Assembly (NCBI GenBank): GCA_016219005.1
Contig: JACRCN010000033.1
Coordinates: 7,595 to 71,594, forward strand
DNA: 64,000 nucleotides
Direction: 5' to 3'
DNA from: Deltaproteobacteria bacterium
Lineage (GTDB): Bacteria; Desulfobacterota; Desulfobacteria; Desulfobacterales; SpSt-501
Of the stretch, positions 28,601 through 37,678 are shown one piece after another. The notes under the pieces were generated by a model. That model ran no database searches, was not told the origin of the DNA, and was given only the letters and a program-made list of their open reading frames with translations. Every line of letters begins with the position of its first letter. Within the stretch, counting starts at the first letter, position 1. The position numbers and the translations under genes are program-made.

Positions 28601-28897
28601 CCGCTCATCGGCGTCAACACCTTCCGGGACCCCCACGCCTCCGAAGACCAGCTGAGCGAAGCCGTGGAACTCGCCCGGGCGACCGAGGAGGAAAAGCAGT
28701 CCCAGCTCCAGCGCCTGGCCGGCTTCCATCAGCGCAACGCAAATGAATCGGCGGCGGCTCTGCAACGGCTGCAGCAGACCGCCCTGAGCGGCGGGAATGT
28801 CTTTGGCGAGCTCATGAACTCGGTGCGCTTCTGCAGCCTGGGGCAGATCACCCAGGCGCTGTACGCGGTGGGGGGACAATACCGGCGCAACATGTAG
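25634..28897 (+). CDS. icmF: fused isobutyryl-CoA mutase (B12-binding domain + MeaB-like GTPase + mutase catalytic domain)
   Basis: 1087 aa. N-terminal B12-binding domain (DGHDAAINIM), P-loop GITGTGGAGKSSL and a C-terminal methylmalonyl-CoA-mutase-like barrel. Confidence 0.9.
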   Translation: MNALAETYKPQHPIRVVTATSLFDGHDAAINIMRRIIQDTGVEVIHLGHNRSVQEIVDAAVEEDVQGVAVSSYQGGHIEFFKYLVDLLRERGAAHVKVFGGGGGVIVPEEIRELEAYGVAKIYAPEDGTRMGLQGMINHLVQALDFPTVRGFDFPFDALTPDNKRLVANLISAAEVAKAIQNGHLAKLRAELATKIGQRRVPVIGITGTGGAGKSSLTDELIVRLLHDLEQVRVAVLSCDPSRRKTGGALLGDRIRMNAIGSPRVYMRSLATRGSATEVPEALADAIMTVKAAGFDLVITETAGIGQGDSSIVDLVDVSMYVMTSEYGAASQLEKIDMLDFADLAVVNKFEKRGSDDAVQHVRKQVQRNRKAFDRRPEEMAVFGTIASKFNDDGVTALYHALMDTIAAKTGVRFETTLPRPDGKTSSSKTIIIPPERVRYLSEIADTIRGYHRETRQQMQALRRGWHLEEAARALTGEAPQLLARLREEARTSEEALDPETRRVMADWRDVKDLYSADELVYMVREREIRLPLYTESLAHSRIPKIVLPRFEDPAEIYRWMREENVPGRFPFTAGVFPLKRADEDPTRMFAGEGDPARTNRRFKMLSANYEATRLSTAFDSVTLYGFDPDIRPDIYGKVGTSGVSICSLDDVKVLYGGFELCAPNTSVSMTINGPAPIMLAMFLNAAIDQQMDAFAAQNGRRPDPAEHAKIRATVLSNVRGTIQADILKEDQGQNTCIFSIDFALKMMGDIQEYFILNNVRNFYSVSISGYHIAEAGANPITQLALTLANGFTYVEYYLSRGMPIDSFAPNLSFFFSNGMEPEYTVIGRVARRIWAIAMKQRYAGSLRAQQLKYHIQTSGRSLHSQDLQFNDIRTTLQALCANNDNCNSLHTNAFDEAITTPSTESVRRALAIQLIINREWGLTKNENMNQGSFIVEELTRLVEEAVLAEFDRITERGGVLGAMETGYQRSKIQEESLYYEALKHNGGLPLIGVNTFRDPHASEDQLSEAVELARATEEEKQSQLQRLAGFHQRNANESAAALQRLQQTALSGGNVFGELMNSVRFCSLGQITQALYAVGGQYRRNM

Positions 28898-28968
28898 CCG
28901 GAAGCCGCTGACGCGGCTTTCGTAATTTGTCTTTCGCCGGAGGCGAAAAACAATCAGGAGAAAAAACA

Positions 28969-30144
28969 ATGAGAAGAGCGGTTATTGTCAGTGCCGTGAG
29001 AACGGCGCTGGGCAGCTTCAACGGCACCCTCAGCCCCATCGGTGCTACCCAGCTGGGTGCGATCGTCATCGAGGAAGCGGTCAAACGGGCGGGGATCGAA
29101 AAGAGCGCCGTCAACGAGGTCATCATGGGCATGGTGCTGCCCTGCGGCTACGGCCAGAACCCGGCCAAGCAGGCCGCCATCCTGGCCCGGCTGCCGTGGG
29201 AGGCGGAGTGCGTCACGGTCAACAAGGTCTGCGGTTCGGGACTCAAGTCCGTCATGCTGGCGGCCCAGGCGATTCAGGCCGGGGACGCCGACGTGGTGGT
29301 GGCCGGCGGCATGGAGAACATGAGCGCCGCGCCCTATTATCTCGAGAAGGCGCGCTTCGGCTACCGCATGGGGCCGGGGGCTATCCAGGACCACATGGTC
29401 CACGACGGGCTGTGGGACATCGTCAACGACTTCCACATGGGCATCTCCAACGACCTGTGTTCCCAGAAATACAATGTCAGCCGCGAGGACCAGGACCGCT
29501 ACGCGGCCGAATCCTACCGCCGGGCACTGGCGGCGGTCAAGGCCGGCAACTTCGCAGACGAGATCGTTCCGGTGAGGGTCCCCCAGCGCAAGGGCGACCC
29601 TCTGGCATTCACGCAGGACGAGTGCCCGCGGGAGACCCGCTATGAGCTGCTGGCCAAAATGGCGCCTGCGTTTCAGAAGAACGGCTTCGCCACCGCCGGC
29701 AACGCCTCGGTCATCAGTGACGGTGCGGCCGCGGTGGTGGTCATGGCCGAGGACAGGGCCAGTGCGCTCGGCTGCCGGATTCTGGCCACGGTCGGCGCCC
29801 AGGCCGCGGCCGGGCTGGACCTGAAGTATGTCCTGGTGGCCCCGATCCTGGCCGTGCCCAAGTGCCTCAGGAAAGAAGGCCTCGCGATCCAGGATGTGGA
29901 CCTGTTCGAAATCAACGAAGCCTTCAGCGGCTCCACGGTGGCGGTGATCCGCGAGCTCGGCCTGGATCCGACCCGCGTCAACGTCAACGGCGGCAGCGTG
30001 GCGCTGGGGCACCCCATCGGAGCGAGCGGCTGCCGGCTGCTGGTGACCCTGATCCACGAGATGATCCGGCAGAACCGGAAGACCGGCCTCGTGTCGCTGT
30101 GCCTGGGAGGAGGAGAGGCGGTGGCACTGGTGATAAAAAGATAG
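28969..30144 (+). CDS. acetyl-CoA C-acetyltransferase (thiolase)
   Basis: VNKVCGSGLKS active-site Cys and C-terminal CLGGGEAVA. The ATG at 28969 follows AGGAGA. Confidence 0.9.
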   Translation: MRRAVIVSAVRTALGSFNGTLSPIGATQLGAIVIEEAVKRAGIEKSAVNEVIMGMVLPCGYGQNPAKQAAILARLPWEAECVTVNKVCGSGLKSVMLAAQAIQAGDADVVVAGGMENMSAAPYYLEKARFGYRMGPGAIQDHMVHDGLWDIVNDFHMGISNDLCSQKYNVSREDQDRYAAESYRRALAAVKAGNFADEIVPVRVPQRKGDPLAFTQDECPRETRYELLAKMAPAFQKNGFATAGNASVISDGAAAVVVMAEDRASALGCRILATVGAQAAAGLDLKYVLVAPILAVPKCLRKEGLAIQDVDLFEINEAFSGSTVAVIRELGLDPTRVNVNGGSVALGHPIGASGCRLLVTLIHEMIRQNRKTGLVSLCLGGGEAVALVIKR

Positions 30145-30287
30145 GTATCCAGGGTCCCAGGGTTCGAGTGGCAAGACTAAAACAACCGCTTGAGCTCCGA
30201 CACGTTCGGCCCCTTGAACCCTCGACCCCTTTCCCTGAACGAAAACACAGAACACGAGTTGATAACTTAATCGCAGGAGGACTTCTG

Positions 30288-31139
30288 ATGGAGATTAAAA
30301 CTTTCGGTGTCATCGGCGCGGGGCAGATGGGCAACGGCATCGCCCAGGTGGCGGCCGCCAGCGGGCTGGATGTCATCATGAACGACGTCAAGCAGGAGTT
30401 CGTCGACAAGGGCCTGAAAACCATCGGCGGCATTCTGGCCCGCAATGTCGAAAAAGGCAAGATGACGGTGCCTGAAAAGGACGCCCTGCTCGCGAGAATC
30501 AAGGGCAGCATCAGCCTCAAGGACATGGCCGCGGCGGACTTCGTGGTGGAGGCCGCCACCGAGAAGCAGGACATCAAGTTCCAGATTTTCAGGGACCTGG
30601 ACCAGATCTGCAGGCCGGGAGCGATCCTGGCCACCAACACCTCATCCATCCCCATCGGCCGAATCGCGGCTCAGACCCGACGGCCGGACAAAGTCATCGG
30701 CATGCACTTCATGAACCCGGTCCCGGTCATGAAGCTCGTCGAAATCATCCCCGGCCTGCCGACCTCGGAGGCGACGCTGAACACCACCTGGGCGCTGGCC
30801 GAAAAGTTCGGCAAGACCCCGGCCAAGGCCAACGACTATCCCGGGTTCATCGCCAACCGCATTCTGTTGCCGATGCTCAACGAAGCGGTCTATTGCCTCT
30901 ATCACGGGGTCGGCACCCGGGAGGACATCGACACGGTGATGAAGCTCGGCATGAACCACCCCATGGGGCCGCTCGCCTTGGCCGACCTGATCGGCCTGGA
31001 CACCTGTCTCGCGATCATGGAGACTCTCTACGACGGCTTCAAAGATTCCAAGTACCGCCCCTGCCCGCTGCTGCGCAAGTACGTCGAGGCCGGCTGGCTC
31101 GGGCGCAAGACCGGCCGGGGGTTTTTCGAGTACAAATGA
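30288..31139 (+). CDS. hbd: 3-hydroxybutyryl-CoA dehydrogenase
   Basis: Rossmann motif GVIGAGQMGNGIAQVAA, with 3HCDH N- and C-terminal domains. Confidence 0.9.
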   Translation: MEIKTFGVIGAGQMGNGIAQVAAASGLDVIMNDVKQEFVDKGLKTIGGILARNVEKGKMTVPEKDALLARIKGSISLKDMAAADFVVEAATEKQDIKFQIFRDLDQICRPGAILATNTSSIPIGRIAAQTRRPDKVIGMHFMNPVPVMKLVEIIPGLPTSEATLNTTWALAEKFGKTPAKANDYPGFIANRILLPMLNEAVYCLYHGVGTREDIDTVMKLGMNHPMGPLALADLIGLDTCLAIMETLYDGFKDSKYRPCPLLRKYVEAGWLGRKTGRGFFEYK

Positions 31140-31233
31140 AAACAGGTAGAGCGCAAGGGGCTAAATGAAGATGTCGTTATCGATCTGAACCCTATACCCT
31201 TTGCCCTTTACACCATGCCATTACGGAGGCATC

Positions 31234-31785
31234 ATGCCAGTCAAGAAGGCCAGCAAAAATGAGCCCATCGGCAAGAAGATCAAACGTGTGCGCGCGGGCA
31301 AAAATGTACCGCTGGAACGCGTCGCCAACGAAACCGGTTTCTCCGTCGACTACCTCAGGCAGGTCGAATCCGGCCAGGCCATACCGCCCGTCGGTGCCAT
31401 CCTTCAGATCGCCCGCGCGCTGGAGATCGACTCCGCCTCGCTTCTGAAGGAATCGGGGTCCATGCTGGAAAAGCGCGTCAAGACCCATACGAAGCGCACC
31501 GAAAACTATGCCTACAAGACCCTGACGCCCGGCGCCGAAAACAAGCACCTCAAGGCCTTCAAGGTGGTGATCGATGCCCAGCAGGAACACAAAGGCGTCG
31601 ATTACCACCACGAGGGGGAAGAATTCGACTACGTGCTCACCGGGAAGGTCCAGGTGACCGTCGGCAGCCACGTGAACACCCTTGCGGCCGGTGATTGCCT
31701 GCATTTCAATTCCGGGATCCCTCACAAGCTTAAAAGCATCAGCGACGAGCGTGCCGAACTGATCGTGGTCATCTACACGCCATGA
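31234..31785 (+). CDS. XRE-family HTH + cupin domain transcriptional regulator
   Basis: HTH IKRVRAGKNVPLERVANETGFSVDYLRQVESG and a C-terminal cupin (GDCLHFNSGIPHK). The ATG at 31234 follows GGAGG. Confidence 0.8.
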   Translation: MPVKKASKNEPIGKKIKRVRAGKNVPLERVANETGFSVDYLRQVESGQAIPPVGAILQIARALEIDSASLLKESGSMLEKRVKTHTKRTENYAYKTLTPGAENKHLKAFKVVIDAQQEHKGVDYHHEGEEFDYVLTGKVQVTVGSHVNTLAAGDCLHFNSGIPHKLKSISDERAELIVVIYTP

Positions 31786-31904
31786 TCGGTTCCCCGCTGG
31801 GATCTCAAGGGCTCGCCGCACAAGGCGGAGATGTCCGTTAAATGTAAACTTACCGCCTGGCCTCAAATCGGTATCAGTCGGCGGCGCGGGCGGAGGAGAA
31901 GACG

Positions 31905-33059
31905 ATGTCCTTCAAACTCACCGAAGAGCAGTTCATGATCCAGTCCATGGTGCGGGAGCTGGCCCGCGAGGAGTTCGCGCCGCGGGCCATGGAACTCGAC
32001 CGAACGAAAACATTCCCCAAGGACAATTTGAACAAACTGGCCGAACTCGGTCTGATGGGGATGATGGTCCCTCCGGAGTACGGCGGTTCCGGAGCCGACA
32101 CCGTCAGCTATGTGCTGGCTCTCGCCGAAGTGGCCTATGCCTGCGCCTCCACGGCCGTGGTCATGTCGGTGCACAACTCGATCGTGTGCGAAAGCCTTCT
32201 GCATTACGGCTCCGACAAGCAGAAAGAGCGGTTTCTCAAGCGCCTGGCGGCCGGTGAGATCATCGGCGCGTTTGCCCTGACTGAGCCCAACGCCGGCTCG
32301 GATCCGTCCCGGCAGACCACGAAAGCCGTGCGCGACGGCAACAGTTACGTCCTCAATGGAACCAAGCGCTTCACCACCACGGGGAAGAACGCCGGCCTGA
32401 TCATCGTAACGGCGAAAACCGATGAGGGCAAGGCCCACCGCGGCATCAGTGCCTTCCTGGTGCAGCGGGGCACGCCGGGGCTTAAAACAGGGCCTCTGGA
32501 GGATAAGATGGGGCTGCGGGCCTCCGATACCTGCGATCTGATCCTGGAGGACTGCCGGATCCCCACCGATCACCGGCTGGGAAACGAGGGCGACGGCTTT
32601 CTGATCGCCATGACCGGCCTGGACTGCGGCCGGATCGGCATTGCTGCCCAGTCGGTCGGAGTGGCCCAGGCCGCGCTGGACGCGGCGGTGAGATACGTCC
32701 AGGAACGGGAGCAGTTCGGCCAGAAGATTGCCAAGTTCCAGGGCATCCGCTGGATCATCGCCGACATGGCCACCGAGATCGAGGCCGCGCGCCAACTGCT
32801 GCTCTCGGCGGCCCAAATGAAGGACGCCGGCGAAAACTACACTGCCCAAGCGTCGATGGCCAAGCTCTATGGCTCTGAGATGGTCAACCGGGTTACGGCC
32901 CAGGCGCTCCAGCTTCACGGCGGCTACGGTTTCACCAAGGAATACGCCGTGGAACGCTACTACCGGGACGCGCGGGTGTTCACCATTTACGAGGGCACTT
33001 CCGAGATCCAGCGCATTGTCATTTCCAACCATATTTTGAAAGACAAGCGCAGTCTTTGA
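31905..33059 (+). CDS. acyl-CoA dehydrogenase (short/butyryl-chain type)
   Basis: 384 aa with canonical ACAD N-terminal, middle and C-terminal regions (FALTEPNAGSD, YEGTSEIQR). Confidence 0.9.
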   Translation: MSFKLTEEQFMIQSMVRELAREEFAPRAMELDRTKTFPKDNLNKLAELGLMGMMVPPEYGGSGADTVSYVLALAEVAYACASTAVVMSVHNSIVCESLLHYGSDKQKERFLKRLAAGEIIGAFALTEPNAGSDPSRQTTKAVRDGNSYVLNGTKRFTTTGKNAGLIIVTAKTDEGKAHRGISAFLVQRGTPGLKTGPLEDKMGLRASDTCDLILEDCRIPTDHRLGNEGDGFLIAMTGLDCGRIGIAAQSVGVAQAALDAAVRYVQEREQFGQKIAKFQGIRWIIADMATEIEAARQLLLSAAQMKDAGENYTAQASMAKLYGSEMVNRVTAQALQLHGGYGFTKEYAVERYYRDARVFTIYEGTSEIQRIVISNHILKDKRSL

Positions 33060-33156
33060 TCCTGAAGCAAGCTGTATCGGACATAAGGCGGCCGACGATT
33101 GACGAAACTTCCCGATTCGCCTATATCTGTTGCAATCTCTTGTTGAGGAGCACACC

Positions 33157-33636
33157 ATGGTCCGAACCGAAATATCGTTATTCTTGAAAAACGTTCCGGG
33201 CGAGCTGGGCCGGTTGTCGGAGCTGCTGAGTGCGGCACGAATCAACATCGATGCCCTCACGATCCAGGACGCATCAAGCTACGTGCAGCAGCTGTTCCAG
33301 GCCCGTGGGAAATCCCTGCAGCGGATCGCCTCCGCCGCGAGCTACAACTCCATGCGCAAGGATTCGGCTGAGTTCGCGCTGATCCGCATTCTCGTCAACG
33401 ACACCGACAAGGCGGTCAACCTGCTCTCGGAGCACGAGTACGTCTTCGACATCATGCCGGTGATCGCTCTGCAGCTGGAAAACCGGCCCGGTGAGCTGGC
33501 CGCGATCGCCCAGAAATTCGGCCAGGAAGGGATCAATATCAACTACGTCTACGGGTCGGTCGCGGGCCCGGACGCCAAGTGCCTGTTTGTTTTCTGCCCG
33601 GAGAACATCGAACTGGCGGCGAAATTCTTCAAATAG
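33157..33636 (+). CDS. ACT domain-containing protein (two ACT-like repeats)
   Basis: EISLFLKNVPGELGRLSELL and ALQLENRPGELAAIAQKF are repeated ACT signatures. Confidence 0.7.
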   Translation: MVRTEISLFLKNVPGELGRLSELLSAARINIDALTIQDASSYVQQLFQARGKSLQRIASAASYNSMRKDSAEFALIRILVNDTDKAVNLLSEHEYVFDIMPVIALQLENRPGELAAIAQKFGQEGININYVYGSVAGPDAKCLFVFCPENIELAAKFFK

Positions 33637-33719
33637 GAATGATTTGATTTCTGCCATCGGATGGGTGTATCATATTTCTCAAATGGCAACGCTTGCCATT
33701 CCGCCTGGATCTAAAGTTG

Positions 33720-33749
33720 TTGCATTTTTTTTGGTATTCGGTTTATACT
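33720..33749 (+). promoter_or_regulatory. putative sigma70-type promoter for the RRM protein gene
   Basis: TTGCAT - 18 nt - TATACT, about 155 nt upstream of the ATG, implying a long 5' UTR. Confidence 0.3.
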
Positions 33750-33904
33750 CTGATCGCTCAACCCATTCGGTGCGCTGATTCCGTTTGATCCGAAGTCACC
33801 CGATCGCAGGCTGAATGAATCGTGGCCTGCCGCTGCAGCCTTCCAGGAACCCAGCGATTATTGCTTCCAACCTTACCCATGGCATTTAACAAAAGGAGAT
33901 CGGT

Positions 33905-34351
33905 ATGAAAATCTATGCAGGAAATTTGTCTTACGAAGTCACCGAAGAGGATTTGCGGCAGGCGTTCGCAGCATTCGGGGCGGTTGAATCCGTTGCGATC
34001 ATTAAAGACAGGAGCACCGGTCAATCCAAGGGATTTGGGTTCGTGGAGATGCCCTCTAAAGATGAAGGGCAGGCTGCCATCACCGGCATGAATGGCAAGG
34101 AACTCAAGGGCAGAACGCTCAACGTGAATGAGGCGCTCCCTCGTACTGAGAATCGCAGTGGCGGCGGCCGCGGTGGATATGGCGGCGGCGGTGGCGGCGG
34201 CCGAGGCGGATACGGCGGCGGTGGCGGCGGCGGTCGCGGCGGATATGGCGGCGGCGGTGGCGGCGGTGGCGGCGGTCGCGGTGGGTATGGCGGCGGCGGC
34301 GGCCGAGGCGGATATGGCGGCGGCGGTGGCGGCCGCGCCGGAAACAGATGA
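33905..34351 (+). CDS. RRM-type RNA-binding protein with glycine/arginine-rich tail
   Basis: RNP2 IYAGNL and RNP1 KGFGFVEM, with a C-terminal tail of (RGGYGGGGGGG)n repeats. Confidence 0.85.
   Translation: MKIYAGNLSYEVTEEDLRQAFAAFGAVESVAIIKDRSTGQSKGFGFVEMPSKDEGQAAITGMNGKELKGRTLNVNEALPRTENRSGGGRGGYGGGGGGGRGGYGGGGGGGRGGYGGGGGGGGGGRGGYGGGGGRGGYGGGGGGRAGNR
34160..34335 (+). repeat. coding tandem repeat (GGC-rich, ~33-bp unit) encoding RGGY-Gly repeats
   Basis: About five iterations of GGCGGCGGTGGCGGCGGCCGAGGCGGATA(T/C)-like units inside the RRM gene. Confidence 0.6.
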
Positions 34352-34440
34352 GGACACGGGGGCGCCGTCGTTTAGAGAACTGGTTTCAAGATCCTATCTG
34401 GCGCCCAATGGCCGCGTTTTACCGCGGCTTCAAATGCAAT

Positions 34441-34478
34441 AAAGAAGCGCGGAGTGAAGCATCATTCCGCGCTTCTTT
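34441..34478. terminator. bidirectional intrinsic terminator hairpin
   Basis: AAAGAAGCGCGGA - 12-nt loop - TCCGCGCTTCTTT, a 13-bp perfect stem with A/T-rich flanks, between convergent genes. Confidence 0.6.
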
Positions 34479-34506
34479 ATCCAACCGTTCCCAGCTAAAA
34501 TCCCAA

Positions 34507-36033
34507 CTACTTCTGGGCTCCCCCGAACTGCGCCTTGATCTTCACCCGATCGGGTGACCCGTTTGCCAGCAAGGGCATTTCCGCAACGAACTCGATCTGC
34601 TGGGGCTTCTTATAGCTGGCGATGCACTCGCCGACGAACTTGATAAGGTCCCTGGCGGCGAGTTTCTGTCCGGCCTTCAGCTTGCAGACGGCCTTGATGC
34701 CTTCCTTCCACTTGGGGTCGGGCACGCCGAAGACCACCGCCATCTCGACGGCGGGATGCTCGAGAATCGCCTTCTCCACCTCTGCCGGGTACACGTTCTC
34801 TCCGCCCGGCTTGATGAGTTCCTTCTCTGGCTTGCGCCCGGCATAAAAAAGAAAGCCGTCCTCGTCGAAACGCCCCAGATCGCCGGTGTGGTGCCAGCCG
34901 CCGCGGAACGTGTCAGCCGTGTCTTCGGGCAGGTTCCAGTAACCGCTGAAGACCATGGGGCCCTTCACGGCGATCTCGCCCACCTGCCCCGCCGGGACCT
35001 CCCGGTCGTTCTCGTCCACCAGCTTCACGTCGGCAAGAGGAATGGTTCGACCGGCGGAGCCGGGCCGGTCGTTGTAGCGGCCGAAGGTGGCAATGGCCGA
35101 GGTTTCGGTCTGGCCGTACATGCAGTAGAATACGCCTGCGGTCAGTTCCTGGTATTTTTCGATCGTCTCGGGCGCCTCCAGTCCAATCACGTGTTTGAGA
35201 GAGTCTAGGCGCTTTCCGGCCTTTTCCTGCTGTTCGAGGATGGCACCCAGGATCGGCGCAAAATCGAACATGACCGTGACCCGTTTCGTCTCGATCAGCG
35301 CGGCCGCTAGCGACGCGTCGAATTTGCTCATGTTGAGGTTGAGCGCGCCGGCGTGGAAGGCCATGGTGGCCATGAACAGCCCGCCCACGTGGAAGAGCGG
35401 CAAAATATTGAGATGCACGTCAGCGGGTGACAGCTGCATGAGCAGGTTCAGGTGGATGTTGGCGCTGATGAGGTTGCGGTGCGTCAGAAGCGCCCCGCGC
35501 GGCCGCCCGGCCACGGCCGCCGTGTGGATGATGACCAGGCCGTCCTCGTCGCTGACGTCGGCCGGCCGGAAGCCGGCCGACGATTTCAAAAGGTCACCAA
35601 AATCGCCAAAAACACCTCCCGGCGGCTTGAGGTTGAAATACCGTTGAACCGAGGGCAGCCGCCCTTTGGCCGAATCGATCATGGATTGATATTCGGGATC
35701 CGCGAACAGAAGCTTCGGCGTGCCGTCGTTGAGGTTGAAAATCACCTCGGCGGCCGATAGTCGCCAATTGATGGGCAGCACGATTGCGCCGATGGCGGCG
35801 GCGGCCCCGTAGAGCAGAAAATATTCCAGGCTGTTTTTACCCAGAACACCGACCCGCTCGCCCACTTGCACTCCCTGCTTCTGCAGCCCCGCCGCCAGCC
35901 GGTCCACCTGCTGCTTGATGTCGGTAAAGCTGAGCGCGCGCTGATCCTCGACATCGAGCCAGGCCGGGTGATTGCCGTAACAGACCGCGTTACGGTTGAT
36001 CAGGTCGTAGAAAGTGTAATCGTGGAGTGCCAT
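34507..36033 (-). CDS. AMP-dependent acyl-CoA synthetase/ligase
   Basis: AMP-binding motifs IIHTAAVAGRPRGALLTH, YGQTE and GDLGRFDEDGFL. The ATG at 36033 follows GAGGTGAG; the longer ORF starting at 36198 was rejected. Confidence 0.85.
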   Translation of the reverse strand: MALHDYTFYDLINRNAVCYGNHPAWLDVEDQRALSFTDIKQQVDRLAAGLQKQGVQVGERVGVLGKNSLEYFLLYGAAAAIGAIVLPINWRLSAAEVIFNLNDGTPKLLFADPEYQSMIDSAKGRLPSVQRYFNLKPPGGVFGDFGDLLKSSAGFRPADVSDEDGLVIIHTAAVAGRPRGALLTHRNLISANIHLNLLMQLSPADVHLNILPLFHVGGLFMATMAFHAGALNLNMSKFDASLAAALIETKRVTVMFDFAPILGAILEQQEKAGKRLDSLKHVIGLEAPETIEKYQELTAGVFYCMYGQTETSAIATFGRYNDRPGSAGRTIPLADVKLVDENDREVPAGQVGEIAVKGPMVFSGYWNLPEDTADTFRGGWHHTGDLGRFDEDGFLFYAGRKPEKELIKPGGENVYPAEVEKAILEHPAVEMAVVFGVPDPKWKEGIKAVCKLKAGQKLAARDLIKFVGECIASYKKPQQIEFVAEMPLLANGSPDRVKIKAQFGGAQK

Positions 36034-36210
36034 GGGCTCACCTCGTTGCCGGCGCCGGTCCCGCGTTGCGAGAAAAAAGACTCCCCCTTCCCCCTGCGCG
36101 GGAGTGCGCGGAGTTTTATTCGCCGACATGGTCAAAACAGGAGCAATGGGTGGTGTGGCCTCCGGGACGGTCGACCCGGAGGCTATTTTTAAATGCAATG
36201 ATCCGCTAAA

Positions 36211-36804
36211 TCACGGGTACTTCGCCTTGAAGGCGGCGACCTTGGTAAGGCCGTCCGCCTTGAACACGGCCGACCCGTCTCGGACTTCTATCGGGAACGA
36301 GAAATCCGGAGCGGCCGTCCACCACTTTTCGATGAGGTCCCAGGCCTTCAGATTCTTTTCTTTCAATTTGTACCCGCCTGCCAGCATAAGGGCGCCGGAG
36401 GCTTCTGCCATGCCCAGCACGCAGGGAACCCTCAGCTGCGTGGTTTTTCCGCCGGGTACCCAGGTCTGCTCCTGGGAGTTGACAGTGCTGAGATCGAAGC
36501 CTTCAAGCGCCACCGTAAATCTCAGGTTGTCCATCAACACCGGAAAGTCGTTGGGGTTCTTGATGTTGAAGATGAACGCATAGATCAGCGGCGAGCCGTT
36601 GTTGCCGGGCTTGCCGCGAACAGGTTGCACCTTGGCATCATAAAACCACATGCCGAAGTAGCTGGGAACTTCGGCGTGGCTCAGGATGACCTCCGGAGTC
36701 TTGTAGCTCGCCTCGGAGGCTTTGGTGGAATGCCCGGCGCAGCCTGCGATCAGGAAGGCCGCAGCCACGCCGAACAAGATCGCGACGATCGATTTCGTTT
36801 TCAT
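36211..36804 (-). CDS. lipoprotein of unknown function
   Basis: Lipobox LIAGC after a signal peptide, 197 aa. It lies inside the transporter operon. Confidence 0.65.
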   Translation of the reverse strand: MKTKSIVAILFGVAAAFLIAGCAGHSTKASEASYKTPEVILSHAEVPSYFGMWFYDAKVQPVRGKPGNNGSPLIYAFIFNIKNPNDFPVLMDNLRFTVALEGFDLSTVNSQEQTWVPGGKTTQLRVPCVLGMAEASGALMLAGGYKLKEKNLKAWDLIEKWWTAAPDFSFPIEVRDGSAVFKADGLTKVAAFKAKYP

Positions 36805-36829
36805 GACGTCCTCTCCTATAAACTGTGAG

Positions 36830-37642
36830 TTAGGTCAGCCATCGTTTGCGACGCTTGTAGTGCTTCACGTCGCGGAAACTCTTCCGGCCCCCAAGGTCGG
36901 TCATGCCCAGGTAGAAATCCTTGATGTCGGGGTTCTCCCGCAGTTTTTCAGCCGTGTCGTTCATCACGATGCGCCCGGTTTCCAGCACGAATGCGTAGGG
37001 CGCCACGTTCAAGGCGAGCTTGGCGTTCTGCTCCACGAGCAACATCGAGATCTTCTCCTCCGCGTTGAGACGCGTGATAATGTTGAAGATCTCATGGATC
37101 AGCAGCGGTGCGAGCCCCATGGACGGCTCGTCCAACAGGATGAGCTTGGGGCTGGTCATCAGGGCGCGGCCCACCACGGTCATCTGCTGCTCCCCACCGC
37201 TGATTAAGCCGGCGGTCTCGTTGCGCTTCTGGTAGAGCCTGGGGAAATAGTGGTAAACCATTTCCAGGCCCTCCTTGATGGAGCGGCCGAACTTGCGCAT
37301 GTGGGCACCCACCTTGAGGTTTTGCTCCACCGTCAGGTGCTCGAACACCCGGCGGCCCTCGATCACCTGCACGATGCCCATTTTGGCGATCTTCTCGGGG
37401 GGCATCCGGTCGATGCGCTGGCCCATGAACTCGATCGAACCGTCGGTCACCTGGCCGTCCTCGTGTTTCAGAAGCCCTGAGATGGCCTTGAGGATGGTGC
37501 TCTTGCCGGCCCCATTCGCCCCCAGCAGTGCCACGATGCCCCCCTCCGGGACCTCGATCGACACCCCTTTGATCACCAGGATGACCTCGTGATATTTTAC
37601 CTCGATGTTGTTGATCTTCAGAATGCTGTTCGTCGGCTGCAA
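36830..37642 (-). CDS. branched-chain amino acid-type ABC transporter ATP-binding protein (LivF-like)
   Basis: Walker A GANGAGKST, signature SGGEQQM, Walker B LILLDEPS. TTG start after AAGGAGG. Confidence 0.85.
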   Translation of the reverse strand: MQPTNSILKINNIEVKYHEVILVIKGVSIEVPEGGIVALLGANGAGKSTILKAISGLLKHEDGQVTDGSIEFMGQRIDRMPPEKIAKMGIVQVIEGRRVFEHLTVEQNLKVGAHMRKFGRSIKEGLEMVYHYFPRLYQKRNETAGLISGGEQQMTVVGRALMTSPKLILLDEPSMGLAPLLIHEIFNIITRLNAEEKISMLLVEQNAKLALNVAPYAFVLETGRIVMNDTAEKLRENPDIKDFYLGMTDLGGRKSFRDVKHYKRRKRWLT

Positions 37643-37678
37643 GGCTACCTGACCTCCTTGGGGGTTGTTACCGTGCGA

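Noticed and set aside
25844-28969. 1041-aa ORF on the minus strand
   Set aside because: It is exactly antisense to icmF. The composition is dominated by Arg/Gly/Asp/His/Val/Leu, as expected for a GC-rich shadow frame. It has no recognisable motifs, whereas the plus-strand product is a textbook IcmF.
28954-33260. Minus-strand ORFs 28954..30255, 29984..30655, 31192..31866 and 31863..33260
   Set aside because: Antisense to the thiolase, hbd, XRE-cupin and acyl-CoA dehydrogenase genes. Shadow ORFs.
34160-34335. Possible CRISPR-like or VNTR array
   Set aside because: The repeats are contiguous, have no spacers and are in frame within the RRM gene (RGGY-Gly units). This is a coding tandem repeat, not a CRISPR array.
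33758-34357. 199-aa minus-strand ORF with poly-Ala/Thr repeats
   Set aside because: It is the reverse-complement reading of the GGC-rich Gly-repeat region of the RRM protein gene.
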